Origin: Octopus vulgaris
Taxonomy: Eukaryota
Length of the DNA stretch: 64,000 nucleotides
NCBI GenBank assembly: GCA_951406725.2
Contig: OX597833.1
Coordinates: forward strand, 68,510,001-68,574,000
Reading direction: 5' to 3'
The translations under genes and the position numbers were made by a program. Positions 15,086-28,070 of this stretch are shown piece by piece (within the stretch, counting starts at the first letter, position 1; every line of letters begins with the position of its first letter). The notes beneath the pieces are model-generated. The model saw only the letters and a program-made list of their open reading frames with translations. It was not told where the DNA came from and did not search any database.

Positions 15086-15658
15086 AAATAAATATTGTAA
15101 TCAGTACCTACGACTTATTACACTTTTCAAAACGGAATAGTGACAATTACCCCACTCCCCCCAAAACACTAAAAACGCAGCAGAAGTAGCAGCAGTAGCA
15201 GCAGCAGGAATAGTAGTCATAGCATTTATAGAACTATATGTAGTACAGGTAGTGGCAGTAGTAGTACTAGTAAAACTGATGGTAGTTGATCTGATAGAAT
15301 TCGTTCTGATAGAAGTAGTAGTATGTGATACTTTGAAACACGCATTTGGGGATATATAAAAAATATATGTATTTGCGTGTGTACGTTGGCGTGTACTAGA
15401 GTCTGTATATTATATATATATAAATTTAACACACCCATCGAAGGGGCTAAAAACTAATTCATGATTTTATGACACTTTAACTGAGAATTTTTATAAAATG
15501 CACCACGTATCCCCAACCACTGCATGTAGATATATGGCGTATTTCATAAATATACCTAGTTAAAGTATCTTAAAGTCATGAAGCTAATGGTGTGTGTTAA
15601 ACTGATATATATATATATCTCATTTGATGGAGCATTTTGATTCTCTAAACTATATACT

Positions 15659-15882
15659 AATCTCAATCGAAGGAGAGGGGCTTTCTTCGTCCGGGTTGCA
15701 GATCCGTGGAATAAGCTGCCGGACGAGATAGTGAAGATGCCGACGACCGCTCGGTTCAAAGTCTCTCTTGACCAGAAATGACCTGAACTCTTTGCATGAA
15801 CACCCTCCCTGTACATAACTCAATGTCCCCCTGCACGACCTTGCGTTTTGCTTTTTGAGCCAAATAATTAACTTAACTTAAC
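15659..15882 (+). mobile_element. 5'-truncated CR1-clade LINE 3' end (ORF2 C-terminus, 3' UTR, (AACTT)n tail) with 41-bp flanking direct repeats
   Basis: From 15662 it translates as LNRRRGAFFVRVADPWNKLPDEIVKMPTTARFKVSLDQK*, matching the CR1 ORF2 terminal pattern R..FF..RV...WN.LP..V.......FK..LD. Ends in aacttaacttaac. Confidence 0.85.
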
Positions 15883-16046
15883 TCTCATTTGAAGGAGCAT
15901 TTTGATTCTATAAACTATATACTTACATATATAAACCTGAGAAAAGTGCGCTTATATATGTATGATTGAGAGGGAAGGCATGAAAACTTACAATTGCACA
16001 ATTAGGTTAGAAGCTTGTAGTGATAAGGATGTAAGAAAATGAAACA

Positions 16047-16357
16047 TGTAACAGCCGCTGGTACGAAGGCCGGGGGTGAAATGCCAAGATCTGTCCGCTG
16101 ACGGTTGTGCAGCTCTGTTTGCCGACGGTCCTGGCGTTGAAGTCTTCTGCTGACTGACTGCCAGAAGGCGCGCTCCTCTGCTGGGCAGATGACTGCTGCT
16201 TTTATAGATAAACCACAAGATCTGATTGGCTGCGGTTTTCAAAGCACAACCGTGCTAATCCGCGATAACGAAATATGGCTTCCTTCACTTAATACAAGCG
16301 TTTGAGAAAAAGTCAAAATTTGCCCGTGAGCAATCTCGGTATTACGTTTAAGTTACA
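16047..16357 (-). promoter_or_regulatory. Candidate Pol II promoter module (CCAAT box, TATAAAA, CpG-rich downstream segment); possibly a solo LTR
   Basis: On the minus strand: GCCAATCAG (16230-16222), TATAAAA (16206-16200), TCAGTC near 16157. GC-rich 16050-16200 in an AT-rich background. Bounded by TGTAAC (16047) and GTTACA (16357). Confidence 0.4.
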
Positions 16358-16769
16358 AATATTGGTACAGTATATTGAAAAGGCAGTTCTATCCATCGAT
16401 CAACTTTTTTTCTTATTTATGTTACTTTTGTTTAATTCACCGTGGAATTTTCGAATGCAACAACGAACCATCGATAATTTATGTGACAGAGAAGATAATA
16501 TATCTTAAAATTGGATTCATGTCTCGTCTATAGAATGCTTCGATTTATGAATTATAAATTTACTCATGAGATTCCTGAGGATTAGGAGATTAATAATTTC
16601 ATTTAACCCATGCACAATATGCCACTTACTCAATACCTGGTATATATGCATAAGTAACTGCCAGATATGTGGCTGTCTTGAAAGCAGCCTGCATTCCAAC
16701 CACATGTCATTAGCTATAGCCTAGTGCCGGCCCAAAACTACTGAGTAAATCTCGGAGAGTGGGAACAGA

Positions 16770-16830
<61 letters not shown>

Positions 16831-17064
16831 CACAGCCCGACGGACGAACGGATTACGTAAGTGATTTATTCGTTAATAGGTGAAACCGCCGGTTTGCAAT
16901 TAATTCTTGTTTTGTATATAATTTTCATCTGTCTTGCCCGAATATTGTTCTGGTTTCCGCTGAATTTTTCTCTAGAGAACATTCTTTTCTTCGTAGTTTG
17001 ATCGTAGGTGATATACTTCTAGCATATGCCTGACCACATAGGGGTTTTTAGCCCTTTAAATATG

Positions 17065-17122
<58 letters not shown>

Positions 17123-17240
17123 TTGAAAACCCACTAGAATGGGAGCAAGCGCTAATCCGAATGATATGATATATATGTAAAAAATGTAATATATAAATAA
17201 ATATCTACAAATATGAACCATCTGATCTGATTACCTCAAT

Positions 17241-17271
<31 letters not shown>

Positions 17272-17470
17272 CTTTGCTACCCCATAGCAAAACTGTAGTT
17301 GTACAGTTTGACATTTTTTTTTATATCTTGACATCTGAAACAGCTGGAGAAAGAATGGGTTGACCAAAAGAAACAGCTATTGCAACCAAAAATAAATATT
17401 GAAAAAAAAACGCTTTTGGCCAAATTTGAACATACAACAGTTTAATATAATGGCACCGGTAAACACACAC

Positions 17471-17509
<39 letters not shown>

Positions 17510-18071
17510 ATTGAATAAGGGTAGAAATTGATATTAATCAATTAAAACCAGTGGCCTAGCATATTTAAAACAATTCAAAGATTAAAAAGATTTTGACGTC
17601 TATATCTAGCATATTGACTGTCCACTTTTAGAGGTCAGTCCTTGAAATGTTATATATATATATGTACATAGCATCGACACATATTCTTAGCATGCTGAGA
17701 ATCATATGCATCCATCACTTTTCCCGTTCTCCTTTCAGCTCTTACATAGTCTGCAGAGAGAAGTCTAGATTCGCTTCAAGTGTCTCTATGGCTACTTGCC
17801 ACAGCAACGGCAGCTAAGGCAATTAGCAAAGACTGAGTTTAAGCTACCCATTCCTACGTGATTCTAAATGACTAATAATTTTATACACGCAGGTGTAAGA
17901 GCAGGGTTTTAAGAAGCTTGTCGCCGAATCTCAATAGTTTCTGTTTCCTGACGTTTACGTTAATAATGTTTTGTAATACAGTTTCGGGCCGATCTATTCG
18001 TTCCAAAATCTCGTTTGCACTCTTTTCTTTGCTCTCTTTTGTGTTTTTCACCAAAAACCAAACGCATTCAG

Positions 18072-18117
18072 ATGGACATGGAAAAATTGATGGCGCAGGC
18101 GATACTGTAGCACGGCC
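18072..18117 (+). CDS. Candidate 46-nt internal exon ([16 protein letters not shown]) of an unidentified + strand gene
   Basis: Long AG-free pyrimidine tract (~18010-18050), then TTCAG|, and CC|GTAAGC at the end. Only one of three frames is open. Protein not recognised. Confidence 0.35.
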
Positions 18118-18219
18118 GTAAGCTTTGAATTGGAACATATAAAAGAAAGACTAAAAGAGTATACATACAAACCACTTTCAAACGTTATATATACACATAT
18201 ATATATGTATGTGTGTATG

Positions 18220-18265
<46 letters not shown>

Positions 18266-18636
18266 CATATATGTATGTATATATGTTTATATGTATGTAT
18301 ATATGTGTATATGTATGTATGTATGTATATATGTGTATATGTATGTATATATGTGTATATGTATATATATATTTATATACATATATATGTATGTACATGT
18401 ATATATATGTATGTATATTTATATATATGTATGTATATATATATGTGTGTGTATATGCATATATGTATATATGCATGTATATATATGTATGTATCAGTAT
18501 ATATATATATATATATATATATACATTGAAATCTATGCTGTGGTACCCACCCTTTCCGAGTTTCCAGCATCTTGGCGCACCTAGATACTAATGAATCTTG
18601 TAATATGCATACATAATATATATATACACACATACA

Positions 18637-18694
<58 letters not shown>

Positions 18695-19318
18695 CATACA
18701 TACATACATAATACTCAAACGCACGCGGACACTGACACAGAGCGTGTGGTGTACAGCAGTTCAAAATTTTGTGAGAAAAATGTTCTGATTCCTATTGCGA
18801 GGAGCATGATAATGTAACCGAGTAATTATTTCTAACTAGTTATTGAATTAGTGAGGAAAACTTACAAAGTTATCACTATTTTTTTTTTTAAATTCATTTT
18901 ATTTCGATAATCTTTTGGAATCTTGTAAAAAAATATCCGGAAATTATTAAGATATTTTATTGCAGATCACGTCCGTGGACTTGTTATCTCGATTTTCTCC
19001 TGCGAATTTCCAATAATGCTAAAAAGTAATTAGATTTTTTTCTCTTTCTATCACTTTTGACCGCTATCCAGCTATTGGAAAAAAAAATATAAAAAGGTGA
19101 AATTACATACACAGTTTAAACGTACAGGCAAACCGATATATACATACACGTATGTATACACACAACACTCACAGCACTGACACATATAGAAATGTATACA
19201 TAAACACATAGATGCAATATGCAGACACAATACATGCGAGATATATTTACACACATGCATATACATGGACATAGATTGCATATACATGTAGCTATCCCTT
19301 TAATCATATATACATACT

Positions 19319-19353
<35 letters not shown>

Positions 19354-19439
19354 GTACATATATATATATGAATAAATATGTATATATATGTATATACGTA
19401 TATATATATATGTATATATACATATATATGTCTGTATGT

Positions 19440-19745
19440 ATATATACATATATATATATAGATATGTATATATATACATATATATGTATAGATATGTATA
19501 TATACATATATATAGGTATAGATATGTATATATACATATATATAGGTATAGATATGTATATATACATATATATAGGTATAGATATGTATATATACATATA
19601 TATAGGTATAGATATGTATATATACATATATATGTGTATAGATATGTATATATACATATATATATATAGATATGTATATATACATATATATGTGTATAGA
19701 TATGTATATATACATATATATATATAGATATGTATATATACATAT
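19440..19745. repeat. Minisatellite with ~30-bp unit (tatagatatgtatatatacatatatatagg) inside a TA-rich array
   Basis: Successive near-identical units at 19490-19640. Confidence 0.9.
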
Positions 19746-19751
19746 CTATAC

Positions 19752-19788
<37 letters not shown>

Positions 19789-19860
19789 CATATATATAAA
19801 TATATATGCTGATATATACATACATATATATATATTCATATATATATACATGTATGTATG

Positions 19861-19906
<46 letters not shown>

Positions 19907-20065
19907 CATACATATATACATATGTGTGTGTAATGATTCCAGACACGAACCCATTGGCTCCATTCCCACATTAAGTGCTTCTCCATACGCATTAGTATTG
20001 TTTAACTTCGTTTGTTTACTTGTTTACACTTTACTTGAGAAGTCAAATAAACCACAATTTTATCG

Positions 20066-20107
<42 letters not shown>

Positions 20108-21488
20108 TTTTTCATTTTTTCCTTTGTTGTGGATTTCCTTAAAACTCTTCCAATGATGTATTTCATTCGTGTTCAATTTAACAAGACGATCAGATTATAA
20201 ATATTTGGATTACATTATTTATATATGTTGTTGATTTTAATCTCATTTGTAAAATTTTCAACATATGTGAAAACTACAATACTTTTCACTGTCTTAGGAA
20301 ATTTTTTTTTTTTTTTGTTTAGCTCACTATATACATTTTCTTTGAATCATCTTAGATTCTTTATATTTTTATGTGTGTTTCTCAGAAAATCCGGGCCAAA
20401 AGATTTCCATAGCGATTAACTGATTTTAGCGTAGGAAACGTTGCTGGGAGGAATTTGGTATTATTAAGATAAGATTTTCTGCAGCTTGTTGTCATAGATA
20501 ATTCAGATTCGCTATTTTTTTTCTTGTTACTACTTGGAAATGTATGTCTACAGATTTGAAACTTTTGTAAAACACCTTATGTATTATTAATCTTCCGATG
20601 TATTGGATTTTCGCGAACAAATATAGCATTATGCTTAATGTTATTCGAGTGGGGGAACCGAATAGCTTCTCGTTAAATTGTTCTATCTGAAAGCGGAGTA
20701 GATATCGCGTCTGCTGAACACGTTGAATACGGATTTTTTGACTCATTAATTTCTAGAAATTTCTTAAATTGAATATCGGATGATGTTTCGCATCAATACA
20801 AGATCTATGAGGATGTGTTTTCGTTAGTAATCAAACACTAGCGATCTAGAGGTTATGGCTTGTTAATATATAACTTTTGCTAATTGTTTAGCAGTGAACA
20901 GTAACACGTGCTCTCTCAAGTCTTCAATACAGACCCAAAGGAAGAACCAAGATATGACAGCTGGAATCGGATATAGCTGTATTTGCAACCCGATGGTTAC
21001 CTTTAACAGCCATTCGACTAGCGCAACGTAAAGCGTAGTACCTTGCTCAAGACACAACGTCCTCATTACTCGTGAATTAAACTCTCAAATTTAAAGGCAT
21101 GTACGAAATATGCTAACTGGTAATACATGCGTTTACTCTACAACCTGCAGCATACTCCAGGTTTATTTCAAAACAATCTCCAAATATTTCGTGTCAGTTA
21201 AGAGAAATGTTTGTCATCGCGGTTTCATATTTATCAAACATTCTTCAATATGGTTAAATTGAATTTAAAGTTAATGACGAAACTTCATTACGCCACCCTA
21301 TCTGATGTAAAGAATAGCCAAATCTTTGCTTGACTCAATCAGAACAGTCTTGAAGTAAGGACATTCGGATAACGCTGCGCTGTCAAAGTGTAAAATATGG
21401 CATCTTCAAATGGGAGAATATATTCAGTTGTAGTTTTTCTCAATGAATCTTAACGAGTAGCTAAACAGCATCAGCGTCATCATCAACA

Positions 21489-21524
<36 letters not shown>

Positions 21525-22879
21525 GCTGCTGCTAAATGTAAAATACGGAATAAGCAATCAGGAAATATTTTCGGTTATAGATTTTTCAATGAAATTTAAC
21601 TAAAAGCTAAGCAAAATCAAACTACTACTACTACTACTACTGTTGCTTCTTTATACACAGCTTAGTTCAGTCTCTTTTCTATGAGCCCTATTCTTGTGTT
21701 GCACAAACACACGTAGATACAATGCAAACAAGCTGGATTTTATTTTTTGGGAAAAAAAACATGAAAAAGCATATTCTGTCATGGTGATCCGCTGCCCAGC
21801 AGATTTTAGCTTCCCTTCGAAAATTGAAGAGGATTATTATAGGCAGTTGCTTCGAAATTTCTCACCTCTATAGATTACGAATTCACACTTATGTCAAGGG
21901 TAGTTGCTATATTTTCTCTATGTGTAAAACCCGAAATAACAATCTGCAGTAGAATCAACAAGCTAAATTCCTCACTGCAAATTCAATCTGTAAGCAGAAC
22001 GGTAAAAATGTGTCAGATTTTTCTCAAATGTAAAATGCGTATTTCTTTTTCTTACCTAAATTCAAGCGACGGAACTTTGCATCATTTTGCCTGAAATCAG
22101 CTTCTTCCCCAAAGGAAGAATTCAAATATTTAGAAATAAAAGTCAAACTCACACATACATACTTGGGGAATAATTTTCTGGGTTTTAGGCGACCGAATCG
22201 ACTGCTGTATTTTATTTTCTTTGTACGTCTGTTACATATTGAATCGTCTGAATTTGCCGAAGCGCTAAGTTACGAAAACTTAAATATACCAACACATAAA
22301 AACTCCGTCTCAGCATTCAACGAAAGAGAGAATAAACGCGGATAAAAGTGAACAAAAATTAGATCTACAACAATACTGAAAATGGAAGCAGAGAATAAAA
22401 AACGTATCTTACGAAAATTCTTCTGCTAGACTATCATTTAGTTTTATATATATATAACAAGTATTCAATGCTTAGTGATCCTCGAAAGTTTTCTTTTAGA
22501 GAAATATTACGGATCAATTTATATTATTCTTCTATATATTTATGATTTTATCTTTTTCCTTCTTTCCATTTCTTATGGAACTGTTTTAGCAAACAGAACA
22601 CGTAATTTGATTAATCTCTTGATCCAATACCAAAAACGGAATCAAATATAATGGATCAGGAATTTTTACCAAAGTTGTATAGCCTCCAAGCAGGATGACG
22701 CATAATATGTCAGATGTACTGGCGATTGGAACAGAATCAAAAAATTACATTATATATACACCCAGCCATCATACGCAGGTATTACGAGAGAGGGAGAGAG
22801 GGCGGGCCACGAGTATGAATGCATACACACACACATAGATATCACTAGTACAAATACACGTGTATGAATGCAATATCTA

Positions 22880-22885
22880 TTATGT

Positions 22886-22948
<63 letters not shown>

Positions 22949-23012
22949 CATGTATATATATATGTATATATGTACATATGTATATATGTATATATATTTA
23001 TATATGTTTATC

Positions 23013-23043
<31 letters not shown>

Positions 23044-23495
23044 GTTTATGTATATATATGTATATATATATATGTTTATGTATATATATGGATGTATGCA
23101 TGTATATGTATATATATATATGTTTATTTATATATATGCATGTATGTATATATGTATATATATATGTTTATATATATATATGCATGTATGTATATAAGTA
23201 TATATATGTTTATGTATGTATATATGTATATATGTTTATGTATATATATGTATGTATATATGTATATACATAGATATATACATGTGTATATATATGTATA
23301 TACATATATATGTATATACATATGTATATATGTATATATATATATACATATGTATATATGTATATGTATGTATATATATATACATATGTATATATGTATA
23401 TGTATGTATATATATATACATATGTATATATATATATGTATATATATATACATATGTATATATATATATACATATATATATACACACACACACAA
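22880..23495. repeat. Degenerate (TA)n/(TATG)n array
   Basis: Seen directly. Confidence 0.95.
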
Positions 23496-23934
23496 TCTTG
23501 CGTACACACATACTCAGACTGCATGTGTACGTGTTTGAATTTGCTTAACAGAAGCTAGAATACAAAGATTCGCAAGAAATGTTTAGAAAAAAAAAAAATC
23601 CATTTTCAGGCAGTTGCAAGAAAGCAAAAACGGAAAAGAACTGAAAGCTGGTATTTGGAACTGATATTATTCCTTAGTGCCAAAAATATGTCAAAGAATA
23701 TACAAATAATGTAAGGGATTATTGAGTATCAAACATTCACTGCATTCAATGGAATATACTGGCAGCATTCTTTGGGTAATTTATTTTGTTATTTCTTCCA
23801 TTTTTTTTATAAATCTTTGGCAGGCAATTGCTAGCGTCAACAGCTGCTGTAGTTGTACATCGATGAATATCAATGATGTTCAATGAAAAAAAAAATAAAA
23901 AGCATTTAGTTTAGTTTTCCATTTTATGATTACA

Positions 23935-23968
<34 letters not shown>

Positions 23969-25201
23969 ACGCGCAGCTAATGTGTGTGTTTGTATATGGT
24001 TTTGTAATGGAAAATTTAGTGTAATTTGAATAAATAAGAGCTTTAGATAGGTGAATGTATGTACGTTCGACATACGAAGGGTGTGTGCATATGTGCATGC
24101 ATGTGTGCATGTGTGTATGTATGTATGTCTGTCTCTCTATCTCTGTGTGTCTATGTAGGTGTGTGTATGTGTATTTAATCGTAACTTCTTTTCCTCTGAA
24201 AATATTTTTGTTCTCTAACTTTTACAGTTATGTAATTGTCGTATCGGCTGTACATAATCCTATATGCTCACGATCAACGATCCACTATACACACATATAT
24301 ATATATATACATACATACATACATCCATATATATATATATATACCTATATCGACACACGTATCCACACACACATATATTTATATAATTGTGTGAAATAGA
24401 TATGCAATACCAATATTCATTGTTAACGTGTAACCCCTCTCTACCCCCAAGGTCGATGTCGATTTAAAATATAACAGGAAGTAAATGAATTGAATAAATG
24501 TGAATTATTTTTAGCATCAAAAACAAACCCCCGCCTTTCATGAATGAAAAAGTGTCCTTGAATAACAGACTCTGTAGATTGCTGCAGGAAATAACTCACC
24601 TCATTCCATTTCTTCACTTTACATTCTCCGCTACATAAACCCTAGTGGATAGCGTAAACTGTCGAGATGGAAAACGATGCCTTGTTTCAAAATACTGTAG
24701 GTGTATGTCCCTGTGTTGCCTACATTTAGCCCTAACATAATAGCTCCTGGTTTGAGCGTCATTTTGAAATATGATAATGCGTAGGCCTCCATGTTTCAAC
24801 CAGAATTCATCGTCCATCTTTTTTTCCCCGCGTGATCATCTTTCCCTTCTTTGAGTACTATCCTAACAACTGGACATACTCTATCTCTCTCTTATATCTT
24901 TTCTCAAAGAAAATATTTCCCCAACCTTTGCTATTTTTACCCTGGTTCTGATCTAACGACCCTCCATATTTGTTTTCGTACGGTTTCCTGTTTTTGTTCC
25001 CAGCTTTGCTCCTCTATGAATCCAAAATTTGGTACTTATGGAAGCAACTGTCTTCGAAGAATCATATTGTCGTTCAGTGTTCGAAATGAGGAGTAGATAG
25101 ACAGCCGACAAATGATGAAGGGTCGTTCTTTGTTTTTTTTTTTGTTATGTTTTCTATTTGCTTTCGCATTTCATGTTGTATACAGTTGGTGACGTCCTGT
25201 A

Positions 25202-25531
25202 TCCATAACGGTTTCGCCGCTCTGACCGCATCTCGGGCAGCTCGGCCCCGTGTTTCTCGAGCCGTGTCTGTAGAGCTTATCCCGAACAGGTAGGGCTTCT
25301 CGGTAGCACTGCCAGGTCAGGGACATCTGGAAGTTGTCCATAGGTCCCGGCCCGAAAGTTTTCTTGAACAGGCGGGTCAGGTATTTCTCGTCGACGCCCA
25401 GGATCGTCCCGAGATCGTCGTCTTACCTCCCCTCCATTAATCCCCTATAGAATGCTTTGGTTGTGTTAAAGTCGCTCAAGGTCGACTCGGGACGGCATAG
25501 TTGCTTGAAAGCAACGCGACACTCGCGGTAT
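25202..25531 (-). mobile_element. Fragment of Tx1/L1-type LINE ORF2, C-terminal zinc-binding (zf-RVT-like) region; pseudogenised
   Basis: Minus strand reads YRECRVAFKQLCRPESTLSDFNTTKAFYRGLMEGR*DDDLGTILGVDEKYLTRLFKKTFGPGPMDNFQMSLTWQCYREALPVRDKLYRHGSRNTGPSCPRCGQSGETVM. The W...ALPV...L.RHG....CPRCG...ET pattern is the zf-RVT signature. One internal stop; GC-rich. Confidence 0.8.
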
Positions 25532-25533
25532 CA

Positions 25534-25568
<35 letters not shown>

Positions 25569-25571
<3 letters not shown>

Positions 25572-25700
25572 AGATGTACTCGCATAGCAAGTGATTTGAT
25601 CTGAGATCGTGTGCTGGAACGAAAACAATTGCAGCGTGGAAGGTGTTTGTAAGCCATTTAAGAAACACACAAAAGCCGTTCGATTCACTTCAACATTAAA
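25569..25700 (-). mobile_element. Truncated copy of the TA-inserted repeat at 44037-44247 (opposite orientation, lacks the ribozyme part)
   Basis: Reverse complement matches 44113-44243 closely. Confidence 0.85.
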
Positions 25701-25724
25701 GTGTTATATATATATATATATATC

Positions 25725-25882
25725 TACGACAAGCTTCTTTCGATTTCTATGTTGAAGATTCCCTCTCAAATTTTTGCCGGCCCAATTTTATAGTAGAGGT
25801 CACATGCACATATGCCACGCTGTGGAACTGAACCGGAAACCGTGTGGATGGGAAGTCAATTTCTTAACACACAGCCACGCCA
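25725..25882 (-). mobile_element. SINE family A, 5' part, diverged
   Basis: tgccacgctgtggaactgaaccggaaaccgtgtgg...cacacagccacgcc. Confidence 0.7.
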
Positions 25883-26524
25883 GATGAAACCACTTCCGGC
25901 TTCAGAAAGTTCTGCAATTGTAGAGGTGAATTCAGACATGCAGGCGGAAGATATTTAATTAAAGTGTCAGTCATAACTTAGTTTTTCGATACATCTTTCT
26001 CTTTCGTCGCCATTGTCCATGTTTTGATATATAACTGAAGAATTCAATGATTTAATTGATGCTTAATTTCATTCGTTAAGAGCAATTAATTATTAATGAT
26101 ACTGCATTATTAATTGTTTTCTCTTATTGTTATCTTCTGTAAATTAACAGACTCTTTGGAAATATATTAGAGGCACTTCATTAAACATATTAAATTGAAG
26201 TTGACGTAGATGAAATAATTAAAGAGATTAGAGACGATTGTAATAATATACAACAATTAAGTAGTTAACAACATCGTATTTAACTCAACTACCTTTATCT
26301 TTTACTGCTTACAGTGATTTGAGTGTGGCCATGCTGGGGCCTTTTAGTGGAAAGAATCGAACCCAGCATTATTTAAGTCTGTTACTTAGAATAAGTTACT
26401 AATGGCGACCAGCTAGGTTTGTCAAGGGGTCGGGTGGAAAAACACAGGAAAAAATACAGAAAGACACGGTTTGTTAGAAGACAGTTACTCAGGCTGCCAC
26501 CTAGTGAGTATGAACCTGTATATG

Positions 26525-26803
26525 TATCACGTGATCACGTGACCGACCAGTCCATCAGATGTAGTTAGACATCGCTGGTCACAATGCGTTGGCATTGTTT
26601 TAGCCTTCGAATGACGCCACCCCGCTGGCTAAGCGAGCAGGCCAACAGAAGAAAGAGTGGTGAAAGAGTACAGCAGGGATCACCGCCCCCTGCCGGAGCC
26701 TCATGAAGCTTTTAGGTGTTTCGCTCAATAAACACACACAACGCCCGGTCTGGGAATCGAAACCGCGAGTCCGCTGCCCTAACCACTGGGCCATTGCGCC
26801 TCC
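26525..26803 (-). mobile_element. tRNA-derived SINE, family C, tail type 1 ending in (CACGTGAT)n; a second tail fragment follows at ~26821-26900
   Basis: Reverse complement starts GGAGGCGCAATGGCCCAGTGGTTAGGGCAGCGGACTCGCGG...GGTTTCGATTCCC (A/B boxes; a TCG at the likely anticodon position suggests tRNA-Arg origin). Collinear with 49844-50155. Confidence 0.9.
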
Positions 26804-27607
26804 ATATATATATATATATATATCACATGATCACATGACCGACCAGGCTATCAGATGTTGCTACACATCGCTGGTCACAATGCGCTTCGTATTTTTTAAT
26901 TCTTCAAGAGAAGGTCATATATATATAGAGAGAGAGGAGAGAGGGAGAGAGAAATGCATATATATAGATTTAATGTATTTTTATATTTATGTTCAGTGTG
27001 TATGTATATACAAATGTTTGGGTTTACATATCTAATATATCAAACCCAATTCGTTTGAGACAATCAATCTCATTTTCTGTTTGTATTCGTTGTTAATATG
27101 TATTCTAAGCCTTCCCAGTCCAATATACATTCGATATACAACGTACATATCTACATGTTCATAAGTATTCAAATTAGATATGGAGGGAGCCTAAGAACAG
27201 AATTTAAATGCGCACCTCTATCTTTTGACAATACGAGACTGAATTTCCAAGGATAATTATATTTTTTTGAGAACTATTAGATGTAATTGAAATGTAGTGA
27301 GCTATATTTCAAGTGAAATGTTTTTAAAGCCTTCGGAATTAATTTATTTGCAAATGATCAGATCCAACTGTAAGTAGATACACACTAAAGTTTAATAACT
27401 ATAATTTTATTCTTGTATTCTTAACAACACTGATAACTTCTGACTACTTACATATATGCACATAAATAGAGTTTTACCTACATACATACATAAATATTTA
27501 AAAATAATTGTTTATGTTATATAATATTATGTTACATTATATTCGTAGTATATCATGTAATATAAATTATTGGATTGTCAGTGATATCGCTCTATTTAAT
27601 ATTTATC

Positions 27608-27719
<112 letters not shown>

Positions 27720-27725
27720 CATATA

Positions 27726-27772
<47 letters not shown>

Positions 27773-28031
27773 ATATATATATATATGTATATATAAATAT
27801 ATGTATGTATATATAGGCACACACTCATGTATATATATACATATTTATACACGTGTGCACCTGCGTGTGTCTGTAGCTCTCTATTTGCTCGGAACAATTT
27901 TAACTTACACTATGTATACATTATTGTCTAAGAGACATGACGTTCATTTATAATGAATGGTAAATATTTGAATAATAACCAGAGCAAAGTGTACATGTGT
28001 GCGTACAGTAGATGGAGACAATACGAGAAAA

Positions 28032-28070
<39 letters not shown>

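Noticed and set aside
16830-16900. Hairpin with GTAA loop followed by GAAACCGCCGGTTT as a ribozyme
   Set aside because: No valid core spacing and no stem I pairing.
24594-24820. Minus-strand 67-aa ORF and GAG|GTGAGT donor as an exon
   Set aside because: No acceptor with a pyrimidine tract, the ORF stops before the donor, and no protein similarity was recognised.
25095-25200. ATGATGAAGGG in a Penelope-like context as a hammerhead
   Set aside because: Core is mutated and no closing stem II or GAAA is visible.
26760-26803. tRNA-like heads of SINE families A, B and C as tRNA genes
   Set aside because: They continue into repeat bodies and tails, and no complete cloverleaf can be folded.
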